Assembly: GCA_019244185.1 (NCBI GenBank)
Contig: JAFATB010000014.1
Coordinates: 576,001-640,000 of the forward strand
DNA from: Acidobacteriota bacterium
GTDB taxonomy: Bacteria; Acidobacteriota; Thermoanaerobaculia; Gp7-AA8
Reading direction: 5' to 3'
DNA: 64,000 bases
Part shown: one piece after another, positions 1-9,461 of the stretch
Layout: each line of letters opens with the position of its first letter
Numbering within the stretch: the stretch's first letter is position 1
Translations under genes and position numbers: made by a program
The notes under the pieces: model-generated
What the model was told of the DNA's origin: nothing
The model's database searches: none
The model's input: only the letters and a program-made list of their open reading frames with translations

Positions 1-1
1 C

Positions 2-2536
2 AAGAAACTCTTCACCGCGGGACTGGGGATGGTCTGCCTGAGCAATCAGGCGCGGATATGACACAGCTCCACGGTGCCCGGTCTGGGCACCTCCTTCGGC
101 CGCGGCGGCGCAACGACCGCGCAGCAGGACCTCGCCAACGCCGATGCGATTTTGATCATGGGCTCCTCGATGGCCGAGAACCATCCGGTCGGCTTCCAGT
201 GGGTCATCGAGGCGCGCGAGAAAAACGGCGCGAAGATCATCCACGTCGATCCGCGCTTCACGCGCACGTCCGCGATGGCGGACTACTGGCTACCGCTGCG
301 CGCCGGCAGCGATCTGGTCTTCCTCGGCGCGCTGATCAACTATGTAATTAGTAGCCAGCGCGAGTTCCGCGAGTACGTCGTGCACTACACGAACGCCGCG
401 ACGATCCTGCGCGAGGACTTCCGCGACGCCGACGACCTCGGCGGCGTCTTCTCCGGCTGGGACCCGGAGACGAAGACCTACGATCCGACGACGTGGCTCT
501 ACGAGGGTGCGAAGCCGGAGCCCGCGCCGGGGATGGATCCGAAGGCGGGAGGTCACGGAAAAGACCGCGGCGGCGAATCGCAGAACGACGAGAAGCCGCG
601 ACGCGACGAAACGCTCGAGCATCCGCGCTGCGTCTTCCAGGTGCTCAAGCGCCACTTCGCGCGCTACACGCCGGAGCTCGTCGAGCAAGCGTGCGGCATT
701 CCGCGCGACGCGTTCCTCGAGATCGCCGATGTCTACACGAGCGCGTCCGGTCCCGAGAAAACGGGCGCGATTTGCTACGCCGTCGGCTGGACGCAACACT
801 CGACGGGCGTGCAGACGATTCGCGCCGCATCGATCCTGCAGTTGCTCCTCGGCAACATCGGACGTCCCGGCGGCGGCATCATGGCGCTGCGCGGACACGC
901 GTCGATCCAGGGCTCGACCGACATCCCGACGCTGTACGACATCCTGCCCGGCTATCTGCCGATGCCGGTCGCGGAAGATGCAGACCTGCACGCGTACCTG
1001 AAACGCAACCAGTCGCCGAAAGGCTGGTGGTACAACATCGACAAGTACATGATCTCGCTGCTCAAGGCCTACTACGGTGAGGCCGCGACGCGCGAGAACG
1101 ATTTCGGCTTCGCGTGGTTGCCGCGCCTCACCGGCGATCATTCGTACTTTGCGTACTCGTTCGACATGGCGGACGGCGCGCTCGAAGGGCTGATCGTCAT
1201 GGGACAGAACCCGGCGGTCGGCTCGCCGAACGCGAAGCTGCACCGCGAAGGGTTCGGCAAGCTGCAGTGGCTCGTCGTGCGCGACATGGTCGAGATCGAG
1301 ACGGCGACGTTCTGGCAGGACTCGCCCGACACGATCGGCACGGAAGTCTTCTTCTTCCCCGCGGCGTCGCACGTCGAGAAGGAAGGGACGTTCACGAACA
1401 CGCAGCGCCTGTTGCAGTGGCGCGAGAAAGCGGTCGAGCCGCCCGGCGACGCGCGCAGCGAGCTGCACTTCGTCATCGATCTCGGCCGGCGTCTGAAAGC
1501 GCGCGCGACGAACGCGGCGCGCGACGCGGGACTGCGCGCGCTGACGTGGGACTACGCGGATGAAGACGCCGACGAAGTGCTGCGCGAGATCCACGGCAGT
1601 CCGCACATCAAGCACTTCGGCGAGTTGAAGAACGACGGCTCGACGTACTGCGGCTGCTGGATTTACTCCGGCGTGTACGACGGAAAGAACCGCGCGAACG
1701 GTCGCGAGCCTCGCGGACGCTACGGCCACGGCTGGGGCTACGCCTGGCCGCTCGACCGGCGGATTCTCTACAACCGCGCGTCCGCGCGTCCCGACGGCGC
1801 GCCGTGGAGCGAGCGCAAGGCGCTCGTGTGGTGGGACGAGGCGAAGGGCGACTGGACGGGACACGACGTCGCCGACATCACGCGCGGCAAGCGTCCCGAC
1901 TACGTGCCGAACGACGAGAAAGGCGGCGACGAGGCACTGCCCGGCATCGCGCCATTCATCATGCATCCCGACGGCATGGGCTGGCTGTGGGTGCCGTCGG
2001 GCTTGAAGGACGGTCCGCTGCCGGTGCACTACGAGCCGCTGGAGTCGAACGTGCGCAATCCGCTGTATCCGGAGCGGCAGACGAATCCCGCGGCGCAGGC
2101 GTTCGAGCGCGATGACAACGTCTACGCGAGCTCGCCCGATCCGCGGTTTCCGTACGTCCTCACGACCTACCGCCTGACGGAGCACCATACGGCAGGAGGG
2201 ATGTCGCGCACGCTCTCCCACCTGGCGGAACTGCAGCCGGAGCTCTTTGCGGAACTCTCTCCGGAATTGGCGCGGGAGATCGGCGTGGCGAACGGCGACG
2301 TCGTGATCGTCTCGACGGCGCGTGCATCGATCCGCGCGCGTGCGCTGGTGACGACGCGCATGCCGTCGCTCGACGTCGCCGGACAGCGCGTGCATCAGGT
2401 CGGCCTGCCGTATCACTGGGGACCGAGCGGCCTCGCAAAAGGGGACGTCGTCAACGACCTCCTCGCGATCTCCGAGGAGCCGAACGTGAGGATCTTCGAA
2501 TCGAAGGGACTCACGTGCAAGGTCGAGCGCGCCTGA
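2..2536 (+). CDS. fdnG: Formate dehydrogenase alpha subunit (Mo/W-bisPGD), selenocysteine-containing; 5' end outside window
   Basis: Frame from nt 2 reads KKLFTAGLGMVCLSNQARI-TGA(59-61)-HSSTVPGLGTSFGRGGAT and is continuous with ORF 74..2536. This is the FdnG/FdoG-type NQAR-U-H active site; LRGHASIQG, PAASHVEKEGTFTNTQR and TTYRLTEHH motifs are also present. Confidence 0.95.
59..91 (+). promoter_or_regulatory. Sec codon plus bacterial SECIS hairpin
   Basis: TGA at 59-61, an 11-nt spacer, then stem GGTGCCC(73-79)/GGGCACC(85-91) with GGTCT loop, resembling the E. coli fdhF SECIS apex. Confidence 0.85.
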
Positions 2537-2575
2537 CCCGACGTTCCGCGCGCGCGCCGCGTATTCGTCGTTGTC

Positions 2576-4543
2576 ATGCGTGCCCCCGTGCTCCTCGTTC
2601 TCCTCGCCCTGTTCTCGTTCGTCTCCGTGCTTCACGCCGCGGAGATTCCCGTCTCGGAGACGGTGCAGTACGTTCCCGATCCCGGCGACGACGTCTCGCG
2701 ATTCGTTCCTCAGGTTGCGGCGGGGGATGGATTTCTCGTCGTCTGGGAAGACCGGGTGTTCGCCGGCTATCCGGGCGACGTGCACATTCGCGCGTATGAC
2801 GATGATGGCGCGCCGCGCACACCCGCGGCGACGGTCATCGACAGCGGCCATTCGGCACACGTCGTATGGACCGGCAGCGACTATCTCGTCGTATACGCGA
2901 AGTGGCTCCCGCCCTTCGGCAGTCCGTTTCCGCTGCCGCTCTTCGTGGCGGTGCGCGTGCGCGCGGATGGCTCCGTCGTCGAAGGCTCGCGCGTGGTGGT
3001 TCGCGAAGGTCGCGCAAACGGCGACATCGTGAGTCTGGTGTGGACGGGCGAGAACGCGATGCTGCTCACGAGCGAGCTCGATGGCGCCGGACTCTACTCG
3101 CTCGATGCGTCGGGACATCCGATCGGCGACGCCAGCGCGTCCGTGCGCACGCATCCGCCGGTGGCGATCGCCGCGGCGCCCGGCGCACCGCTCTACTACC
3201 TCGCGCCCGAACGCGGCGACGTCGCGGCGGTGCGGCCGGGCGAGATCGCGGTGCTCGACGACACGGTGCTCGGCACGATCGCGGCGCTTTACGACCTGCA
3301 GGGAGCAGTCGTCGACGCATTCCTGCTCGACGCGGTGCACGGTATGCGCTCGCTCGTGTGGGACGGCGCGGCGTGGGAGGGCGTCTACGCGACGAGCGAT
3401 TCCATCTGCACGGTGCGCTTCACGCGCGCGTCGGACGTCGCGACGCAATGCACCGCCGGCGGTGTGCATCCGCAAACGCCGTCGATCGCCGCGGGACGGA
3501 CGCGCACGTTTCGCGCGTGGACGGAAGGCGACACGCAGTACTCGATCGGCGGTGCACGCGTGATGACCGACAGCGGCATCGCGTCCGTCTCCGTCGCGAA
3601 GAAACGGTTGCCGGCGGCGACTGTCGATGCGAGCGGTCTGCTCGTGGCGTGGATCGAAGCGGAACTCGTCCACATCGGCGGCCTCGCGAACGACGGCAAC
3701 CGCCGCGCGGAGGTCGTGCTCGACGGCGACGCCTCGCTCGTCGCACCGGCGATCGCCGCGGCAGGAACGCAGTCGCTCGTCGTGTGGAGCGGTGACGGCG
3801 AGATTCATGCGGTACGCCTCGACGCGTCCGGACATCCGCTGCCGCCATACCTCGACCTCGGCAGCGGCACGAGTCCCGCCATCGCGACGGATGGCGAGCG
3901 CTGGCTCGTCGCGTGGCAGCGCGACGGCGAGATCGCGACGACGATCGTGTCGGCGAACGGCGATCCGAACGGCGTGTTCGCATTCGCCAGCGACGCGCAG
4001 CCATCGACGCCGTCGGTTACGTTCGCCGACGGGCGCTATCTCATCGTGTGGCGCGAGAACGGCGTCGAAACGACGACCATCGCGGTGGCCGCGCTCGATC
4101 GCAACGGCGCGTCGATCTCCGGAACGGTGCGGCATACCGAGGAAGGACTCACGAGTGGACATCCGCCGGCGATTGCATGCAGCGCGAACGGCTGTCTCGT
4201 CACGTGGTTCGAGCTGACGACGTCGACGCTGCTCGGCGCGGCGCTGTCGCTGGACGGCACGACGCTCGGCGAGCCGCACGCGCTCCTGCCCGGCGACGCA
4301 TTCGCACGCACGATCATCGTCGCGCAGAGCGACGGCACGTTCCGCGTGTACGAGCGCAATCGATACGCGATCGTCGGGCGTGACGCGTCAGTACTCGGCT
4401 CCGCGACGTGGATTGCTGACGATCCGAGTCTCGTGCTCGGCGCGGTGCTTCCGTTCCGCGCGAACAGCGTCGCCGTGTACGAGCGCGCCGGCCCCATTTA
4501 CGTCCGCGACTTCGCGGCACGGACGCGTGCGGTTCGTCATTGA
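2576..4543 (+). CDS. Secreted hypothetical protein with beta-propeller-like repeats; C-terminal RTRAVRH
   Basis: Sec signal (MRAPVLLVLLALFSFVSVLHA); repeated P-x-[IV]-A...LV[VA]W units; GC3-rich codon usage. Confidence 0.8.
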   Translation: MRAPVLLVLLALFSFVSVLHAAEIPVSETVQYVPDPGDDVSRFVPQVAAGDGFLVVWEDRVFAGYPGDVHIRAYDDDGAPRTPAATVIDSGHSAHVVWTGSDYLVVYAKWLPPFGSPFPLPLFVAVRVRADGSVVEGSRVVVREGRANGDIVSLVWTGENAMLLTSELDGAGLYSLDASGHPIGDASASVRTHPPVAIAAAPGAPLYYLAPERGDVAAVRPGEIAVLDDTVLGTIAALYDLQGAVVDAFLLDAVHGMRSLVWDGAAWEGVYATSDSICTVRFTRASDVATQCTAGGVHPQTPSIAAGRTRTFRAWTEGDTQYSIGGARVMTDSGIASVSVAKKRLPAATVDASGLLVAWIEAELVHIGGLANDGNRRAEVVLDGDASLVAPAIAAAGTQSLVVWSGDGEIHAVRLDASGHPLPPYLDLGSGTSPAIATDGERWLVAWQRDGEIATTIVSANGDPNGVFAFASDAQPSTPSVTFADGRYLIVWRENGVETTTIAVAALDRNGASISGTVRHTEEGLTSGHPPAIACSANGCLVTWFELTTSTLLGAALSLDGTTLGEPHALLPGDAFARTIIVAQSDGTFRVYERNRYAIVGRDASVLGSATWIADDPSLVLGAVLPFRANSVAVYERAGPIYVRDFAARTRAVRH

Positions 4544-4564
4544 CGCTGGTGTAAGCTCCGTCGC

Positions 4565-5374
4565 GTGAGCGTGACGGGGTTCTTCACCGACTCGACGCTG
4601 TGCATCGGATGCAAAGCGTGCGAGGTCGCGTGCAAGGAGTGGAACGACGTCCCCGAGGATGGGCTGAAGTTTTCGGGGAACTCGTACGACAACACCATCG
4701 CGCTCGGGCACTCGACGTGGCGGCACGTGAAGTTCGTCGAGCACGAGGCCACGATCGGCGCGGGCGGCAACGCGCCGCGGCTGATGACGTGGCAGTTCTC
4801 GTCGGACGTCTGCAAGCACTGCGAGAACGCGGGCTGCCTCGAGTCGTGTCCGACCGGCTCGATCGTGCGCACGGAGTTCGGCGGCGTCTACGTGCAGCCC
4901 GACATCTGCAACGGCTGCGGCTACTGCGTCGTGAACTGTCCGTTCGGCGTGATCGACCGCCGTCCGACGGACGGCCGCGCGTTCAAGTGCACGTTCTGCT
5001 ACGACCGGCAGCGCGCGGGCGAGCAGCCGGCGTGCGCGAAAGCGTGTCCGACGCAGTCGATTCTCTTCGGCGATCTCGAGGAGTTGCAGCTGGTCGCCGA
5101 CGCGCGCATCGCGAAGCTGCACGCGAACGGGATGACGGACGCGAAGATCTACAACCCAACGGACAGCAGCGTCGGCGGCGTGCACGCGTTCTTCCTCGTG
5201 CGCGGCGACGCGCGCGAGTACAACCTGCCCGCGAATCCGGTCGTGCCGACGGTGTACCTGCGCGACGCGTGGGGCGCGGCGGCCGCGGGCGCGGCGGCGA
5301 TCGCCGCCGGCGCGCTTGTCGTGTTTGCGCTGGGGGGTAAGAAGCGAATGAAGAACGCAGAACGCAGAACGTAG
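4565..5374 (+). CDS. fdnH: Formate dehydrogenase Fe-S beta subunit (4x[4Fe-4S], C-terminal TM helix)
   Basis: CIGCKACEVAC, CKHCENAGCLESCP, CNGCGYCVVNCP and KCTFC...PACAKACP motifs; GTG start. Confidence 0.92.
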   Translation: MSVTGFFTDSTLCIGCKACEVACKEWNDVPEDGLKFSGNSYDNTIALGHSTWRHVKFVEHEATIGAGGNAPRLMTWQFSSDVCKHCENAGCLESCPTGSIVRTEFGGVYVQPDICNGCGYCVVNCPFGVIDRRPTDGRAFKCTFCYDRQRAGEQPACAKACPTQSILFGDLEELQLVADARIAKLHANGMTDAKIYNPTDSSVGGVHAFFLVRGDAREYNLPANPVVPTVYLRDAWGAAAAGAAAIAAGALVVFALGGKKRMKNAERRT

Positions 5375-5436
5375 AATGAAGAAAGGGGCGCGATTGCGTT
5401 CTCAATTCTGCGTTCTGCGTTCTGCGTTCTTCATTC
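5346..5436. repeat. Palindromic heptamer-repeat element, copy 1 (REP/MITE-like)
   Basis: 26-bp perfect inverted arms GAATGAAGAACGCAGAACGCAGAACG / CGTTCTGCGTTCTGCGTTCTTCATTC built from AGAACGC-type heptamers; near-identical to 47104-47199 in the opposite orientation. Confidence 0.9.
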
Positions 5437-6276
5437 ATGTCTACCTATTACGACCTTCCGCTGCTCAAGCCTCCGGTGTGGACGTGGGAAGTGCCCACGT
5501 ACTTTTTCGTCGGCGGTGCGGCGGGAGCGGCGGCGGCGCTCGGCGCGATCGCGCAGGTGACAGGCGCGGATCAAACACTGGTGCGCGACGCGCGCTGGAT
5601 CGCCGCCGCGGGCGCGACGCTTTCCGCGCCGCTGCTCGTCGCGGACCTCGGCCGTCCCGAGCGTTTTCTGAACATGCTGCGCGTGTTCAAGCTGCAGTCG
5701 CCGATGTCGGTCGGCGCGTGGACGCTCACCGCGTTCGGCAGCGCGTCGAGTGCCGCCGCGTTCGCGGAGCTCGTGCAGCGCCGCACGAATCTGCCGGTGC
5801 GCGTCGTCGGCGATGCGTCCGCGGTCGTCGCCGCGGCGACAGGCCTCGTGATGGCGACTTACACCGGCGTGCTCCTCGGCGCGACGGCGATTCCGGTGTG
5901 GAACGAAAACGTCCGCCTGCTGCCCGTGCACTTCGGCGCGTCCGCTCTCGGCTCGGCAGTCTCGCTGCTGGAACTCCGTGGACATCGCGACCGCGCGCTG
6001 AACGCCCTCGGTCTCGGCACCGCGATCTTCGAGACGCTCGTCGCGGCGTCGCTCGACGCGGGTGACGATCGCGTCAACGCTCCGCTCACGCGCGGACGCA
6101 GCGGCACGCTCGTGCGCCTCGCCGGCGCGCTCTCCGGACCCGTGCCGCTCGCGTTGCGTTTGTTCGGCGCGCGCAAAGCCGCCGCGATCGCGACGCTCGC
6201 CGGCTCGTTGGCGACACGATTCGCGTGGGTCGAGGCGGGGAAGGCGAGCGCGCGCGATCCGCGGGTCGCGTTGTAA
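5437..6276 (+). CDS. nrfD: NrfD/PsrC-family membrane anchor of the formate dehydrogenase
   Basis: LKPPVWTWEVPTYFFVGG, DLGRPERFLNMLRVFK..SPMSVGAW and YTGVLL motifs; multiple TM helices. Confidence 0.9.
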   Translation: MSTYYDLPLLKPPVWTWEVPTYFFVGGAAGAAAALGAIAQVTGADQTLVRDARWIAAAGATLSAPLLVADLGRPERFLNMLRVFKLQSPMSVGAWTLTAFGSASSAAAFAELVQRRTNLPVRVVGDASAVVAAATGLVMATYTGVLLGATAIPVWNENVRLLPVHFGASALGSAVSLLELRGHRDRALNALGLGTAIFETLVAASLDAGDDRVNAPLTRGRSGTLVRLAGALSGPVPLALRLFGARKAAAIATLAGSLATRFAWVEAGKASARDPRVAL

Positions 6277-6287
6277 GTGAGCGCGCG

Positions 6288-6758
6288 CTACGCCGCGATG
6301 CAGCGCGTCGCCGACAACCGATCGGGCAGTGACTGCCGCGAAGGCAAGGCCGCGAGGAGAAAGCCGATGCCGGCCGTGAGCAGCGAGAGATACACCGCCG
6401 CCCATCGCAGCGTCGCGTTGCGCAGCGACATCGCGGAGTCCGACGCGGCGATCACGCGCACGTCGAAGATCGCGCCGCCGATGGTCTTGCCCCACAGCAG
6501 CCACGCGCCGACGAAGTAGTAGTACGAGAGCACGACTACGAAACCGGCGAGCGACGCCACGTGCCGCCAGTCGCTCGGCTCCGGCAGCAGTGGCGAGAGC
6601 GCGAGCACGAGGGCGAAGAAGAGCGAGAGATCGATGAGCAGCGCGAAGAGCCTGCGCATGCGCGGCGCGGCATCGTCGTCATTCGCTTCAGGCAGCGGCG
6701 CGGCCGTGTCGTCGACCACTCCTGGCTCGATCTCGATCTCGTCGAAACGCTGCATCAC
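6288..6758 (-). CDS. RDD family membrane protein
   Basis: RRLFALLID, GKTIGG..FDVRV, LPDRLSAT motifs; GGGAGGG RBS upstream. Confidence 0.88.
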   Translation of the reverse strand: MMQRFDEIEIEPGVVDDTAAPLPEANDDDAAPRMRRLFALLIDLSLFFALVLALSPLLPEPSDWRHVASLAGFVVVLSYYYFVGAWLLWGKTIGGAIFDVRVIAASDSAMSLRNATLRWAAVYLSLLTAGIGFLLAALPSRQSLPDRLSATRCIAA

Positions 6759-6779
6759 ACCCTCCCACGCGCTGGCGTT

Positions 6780-8981
6780 TTACGTCGGTTGCCGCAACGG
6801 CAGATATTTTACGTAGATCTGGTAGAGGAGATCCTTCGTCTCGTCCTTGTAGTGGACGGCGAGGTCGCGGCTGCGGCGCGCGAGCTCGTCGTTCGGCTCG
6901 GACTTCAGCACCTCGTCGAACTCGCGGATGGCCTCCTCGGTCTTCTCTTCCTGCAGCGCGGCCGCGCCGAGGTTGAAGTGCGCGTTCACGATCATCCGGG
7001 CGATGTTCTGGTTCTGCGGATCGGCGGCGAGCAGCGGCTGCAGCGCGGCGATGGCGTCGCCGTACTTGCGCTCGTCGAACAGCGTCTTCGCGGCGTCGAG
7101 CTTCGCCACCTGCTGCGCGGCGTTGTCGTACAGGGCCTTCACCTCGGGCGGCAGCGGATGGACTTTCTGCGCGTCGTCGAGGTCCGCCTTCGCGGCGGCG
7201 TAGTCGTGCGCGTTGAACGCGGCCTGCGCGGACGTCACCTTCTGATCGTAGTACTGGCTCGCGGGAACGCCGTCGATGAGCGACGCCGTCTTCGACTTCT
7301 TCTGCTGCAGGTCGGCGATCATGACCAGCGCGCGGTCGTGCTGCGGATCGGTCGCCGGGACGTCCTGCAGCAGCGCGATGGCTTGATCGTACTTGCCGTG
7401 GTTCGCGAGATTGGTCGCGCGCGCGAAGACCGCCTGCGTCGCCACCGGCTGCGGCTCGGCCTCGCCGTGGAAACGCGACCACGCGAACCAGCCCGCGGCG
7501 CCGAGGACGAGCACGCCCACGATCGCGGCGAGCGCGCCCATCGGCAGCTTGCGCGCGGCGGCGGGACGCGCTTTCGACGGCTCGCTCTTCTTCGCCTTCG
7601 CCGCCGCGGGCGCCGCGGCCATCGCGCCGGGATCGGGTGGAATCAGCGGCGCGTCGCCGGTCGCAGGGAGTTCGTCGTCGAACATCCCGAAGTCGAGATC
7701 GTCCGACGCGACCGACGGCGGCGGAATGGCGAGATTGCCCGCGGCGGTGGCGGGACGCCCCGCGGCAGGACGCTGGAGCGTCGCGGTCTCGATGCGGTCG
7801 AGGTAGTCGTGTGCCTGCGCGTTGTGCGGGTCGAGGCGCAGCACTTCGCCGAGCTCGTTGCGCGCGGCGTTGAAGTCGCGGCGGTCGAACGCGGCCGTGG
7901 CCGATGCGAGGCGCGTGTCGAGCTCGTCCTCGATGTCGCGGCGCTTCGACTTCGCGCGCTCGATGCGCTCCGACGCCTGCTCGTTCGTGACGTCGATGAG
8001 GAAGATGCGCGACCAGAGATCGATGGCCTGCTGGTAGTCGCCGGCGTTGTACGCGCGGTCGCCGTCGGTGAGGAACTGCGCGATCTTCTGCTGATCGTCG
8101 TCGCTCGTCGCGATCGAGGCGGTGGTGAAGTCGAACTCGTGCGGCGTACCCTCGACCGGCGCCGCGCCGCCGTCGAACGAGAAGCCGGAGAACGGCGAGT
8201 CGGATGCCGGCGTCGCGGGCGCGTCGAAGGAGAAGTTCGAGAAGTTCGAATCGTCGACCGGAGTGGCGGCGCCGGAGTCGAAGGAGAAGTTCGCGAACGA
8301 CGGCGCGTCGGCGGCCGGTTTCGCGTCTTCCTCGAACGTGAAGCCGAAGTCGGCGGCGGGCGTCGACGCGCGCCCCGTGGCCTGTTGCGTGCGGTCGTCG
8401 ACGACGAACGAAGATGACGGCGGCGGCGGCGGCGCGGGTGCATTCGCGCGCGCGGCGATCGCTTTCCCCACCCGCACGACCTCGGGATGCGTGGCGTCGA
8501 GCGCGCGCGCTTTGTCGAGCTCCATGCGCGCGCCGGCGACGTTGCCGGCGGCGAGCTGCTGATCGCACTTGCGCGCGAACTGCTCGACGAACGGCGCGGC
8601 TTCGAGCTTCTCGCGCGCCTCGTCGCCGAGGAGCCGCGCTTCCTCGTTCATGAGATCGTTCGTGAGGATCTCGCCGGTGATGTGGATGACGCGGTTGAAG
8701 TCGCGCGACGCCATCGCCTGGCGCGCGGCCTCGAGCTGCGGAAGTCCGGGCGCGGCGGCGGTGCCGAGCGAGTCGACGTCGATCGGCGCGGCCGGATTGC
8801 GCGTTTTCTCCAGCAGCTTCTTGGCCGGATCGAACATCGGATCCATCTGCAGGATGAGGTTGCATCCGGCGAGGACGTCCTCGCTGCGGCCCTGCTTGTA
8901 GAGCGCGAGCGTCTGTTGAAACGTCGACGCGACGCGGTCGCGCACGGCCGCGGCCAGCGAGGGGTTGCCAGGGTAGGTCAT
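6780..8981 (-). CDS. Single-pass membrane TPR-repeat protein with Phe/Asp-rich linker
   Basis: TPR-like helices on both sides of one TM (LAAIVGVLVLGAAGWFAW); low-complexity FSFD repeats. Confidence 0.82.
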   Translation of the reverse strand: MTYPGNPSLAAAVRDRVASTFQQTLALYKQGRSEDVLAGCNLILQMDPMFDPAKKLLEKTRNPAAPIDVDSLGTAAAPGLPQLEAARQAMASRDFNRVIHITGEILTNDLMNEEARLLGDEAREKLEAAPFVEQFARKCDQQLAAGNVAGARMELDKARALDATHPEVVRVGKAIAARANAPAPPPPPSSSFVVDDRTQQATGRASTPAADFGFTFEEDAKPAADAPSFANFSFDSGAATPVDDSNFSNFSFDAPATPASDSPFSGFSFDGGAAPVEGTPHEFDFTTASIATSDDDQQKIAQFLTDGDRAYNAGDYQQAIDLWSRIFLIDVTNEQASERIERAKSKRRDIEDELDTRLASATAAFDRRDFNAARNELGEVLRLDPHNAQAHDYLDRIETATLQRPAAGRPATAAGNLAIPPPSVASDDLDFGMFDDELPATGDAPLIPPDPGAMAAAPAAAKAKKSEPSKARPAAARKLPMGALAAIVGVLVLGAAGWFAWSRFHGEAEPQPVATQAVFARATNLANHGKYDQAIALLQDVPATDPQHDRALVMIADLQQKKSKTASLIDGVPASQYYDQKVTSAQAAFNAHDYAAAKADLDDAQKVHPLPPEVKALYDNAAQQVAKLDAAKTLFDERKYGDAIAALQPLLAADPQNQNIARMIVNAHFNLGAAALQEEKTEEAIREFDEVLKSEPNDELARRSRDLAVHYKDETKDLLYQIYVKYLPLRQPT

Positions 8982-8991
8982 CGGTCGCGCG

Positions 8992-9005
8992 ATTATAGCT
9001 ATACT
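8992..9005. promoter_or_regulatory. Closely spaced divergent -10 boxes
   Basis: TATAAT on the minus strand (8997-8992), 10 nt before the TPR-gene ATG, and TATACT on the plus strand (9000-9005) before ridA, in a 44-nt divergent gap. Confidence 0.5.
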
Positions 9006-9025
9006 GCGCCGCCAGAAAGGATTGC

Positions 9026-9406
9026 ATGCACATGGATTACGTCGCTACCGACGCCGCGCCGAAAGCGATCGGCCCGTATTCGCAGGCGGTCAAAGCGAAC
9101 GGACTCGTCTTCACGTCCGGACAGATCGCGCTCGACCCGGCGAGCGGCAACCTCATCGACGAGAGCTTCGAGGCGCAGGTCCATCGCGTGTTCCGCAATC
9201 TCGAGGCGGTGCTGCGTGAAGCGGGGAGCGACTTCAGCCGCGTACTGCGCGCGACCGTCTATCTCACCGACCTCGCGAACTTCCAGACGCTGAATACGAT
9301 TTACGCGAGCTACTTCGGCGACCACAAGCCGGCGCGCACGACGGTCGGCGTGGCGCAGTTGCCGAAGGGCGGAGCGGTGGAAATCGACCTGGTTGCTCTT
9401 ACGTAG
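9026..9406 (+). CDS. ridA: RidA/YjgF/UK114 enamine-imine deaminase
   Basis: APKAIGPYSQAV, FTSGQIALDP, PARTTVGVAQLPKGGAVEID motifs. Confidence 0.95.
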   Translation: MHMDYVATDAAPKAIGPYSQAVKANGLVFTSGQIALDPASGNLIDESFEAQVHRVFRNLEAVLREAGSDFSRVLRATVYLTDLANFQTLNTIYASYFGDHKPARTTVGVAQLPKGGAVEIDLVALT

Positions 9407-9450
9407 AGACGCGCTGACGTAGAGACGGCGACGTGGACCGCCGCCGTCTC
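9401..9450. repeat. 11-bp direct repeat plus hairpin between convergent genes (terminator or GTAG-type REP-like)
   Basis: ACGTAGAGACG at 9401 and 9417; stem GAGACGGCG(9422-9430)/CGCCGTCTC(9442-9450). Confidence 0.45.
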
Positions 9451-9461
9451 CGGAAGGATGG

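Noticed and set aside
59-61. Nonsense mutation making fdh alpha a pseudogene
   Set aside because: The TGA is at the conserved Sec position and is followed by a SECIS hairpin.
290-4279. 1329-aa minus-strand ORF and other long antisense or off-frame ORFs (e.g. 12075..15734, 24583..29187, 34538..37252, 53298..57536)
   Set aside because: Arg/Ala-rich shadow frames of genuine genes; stops are rare at this GC and codon bias; no domain motifs.
5346-5436. Heptamer palindromes as ordinary intrinsic terminators or small ORFs (MNEERRTQNAEL...)
   Set aside because: They lie within operons and lack a U-tract; the shared peptides are by-products of the DNA repeat.
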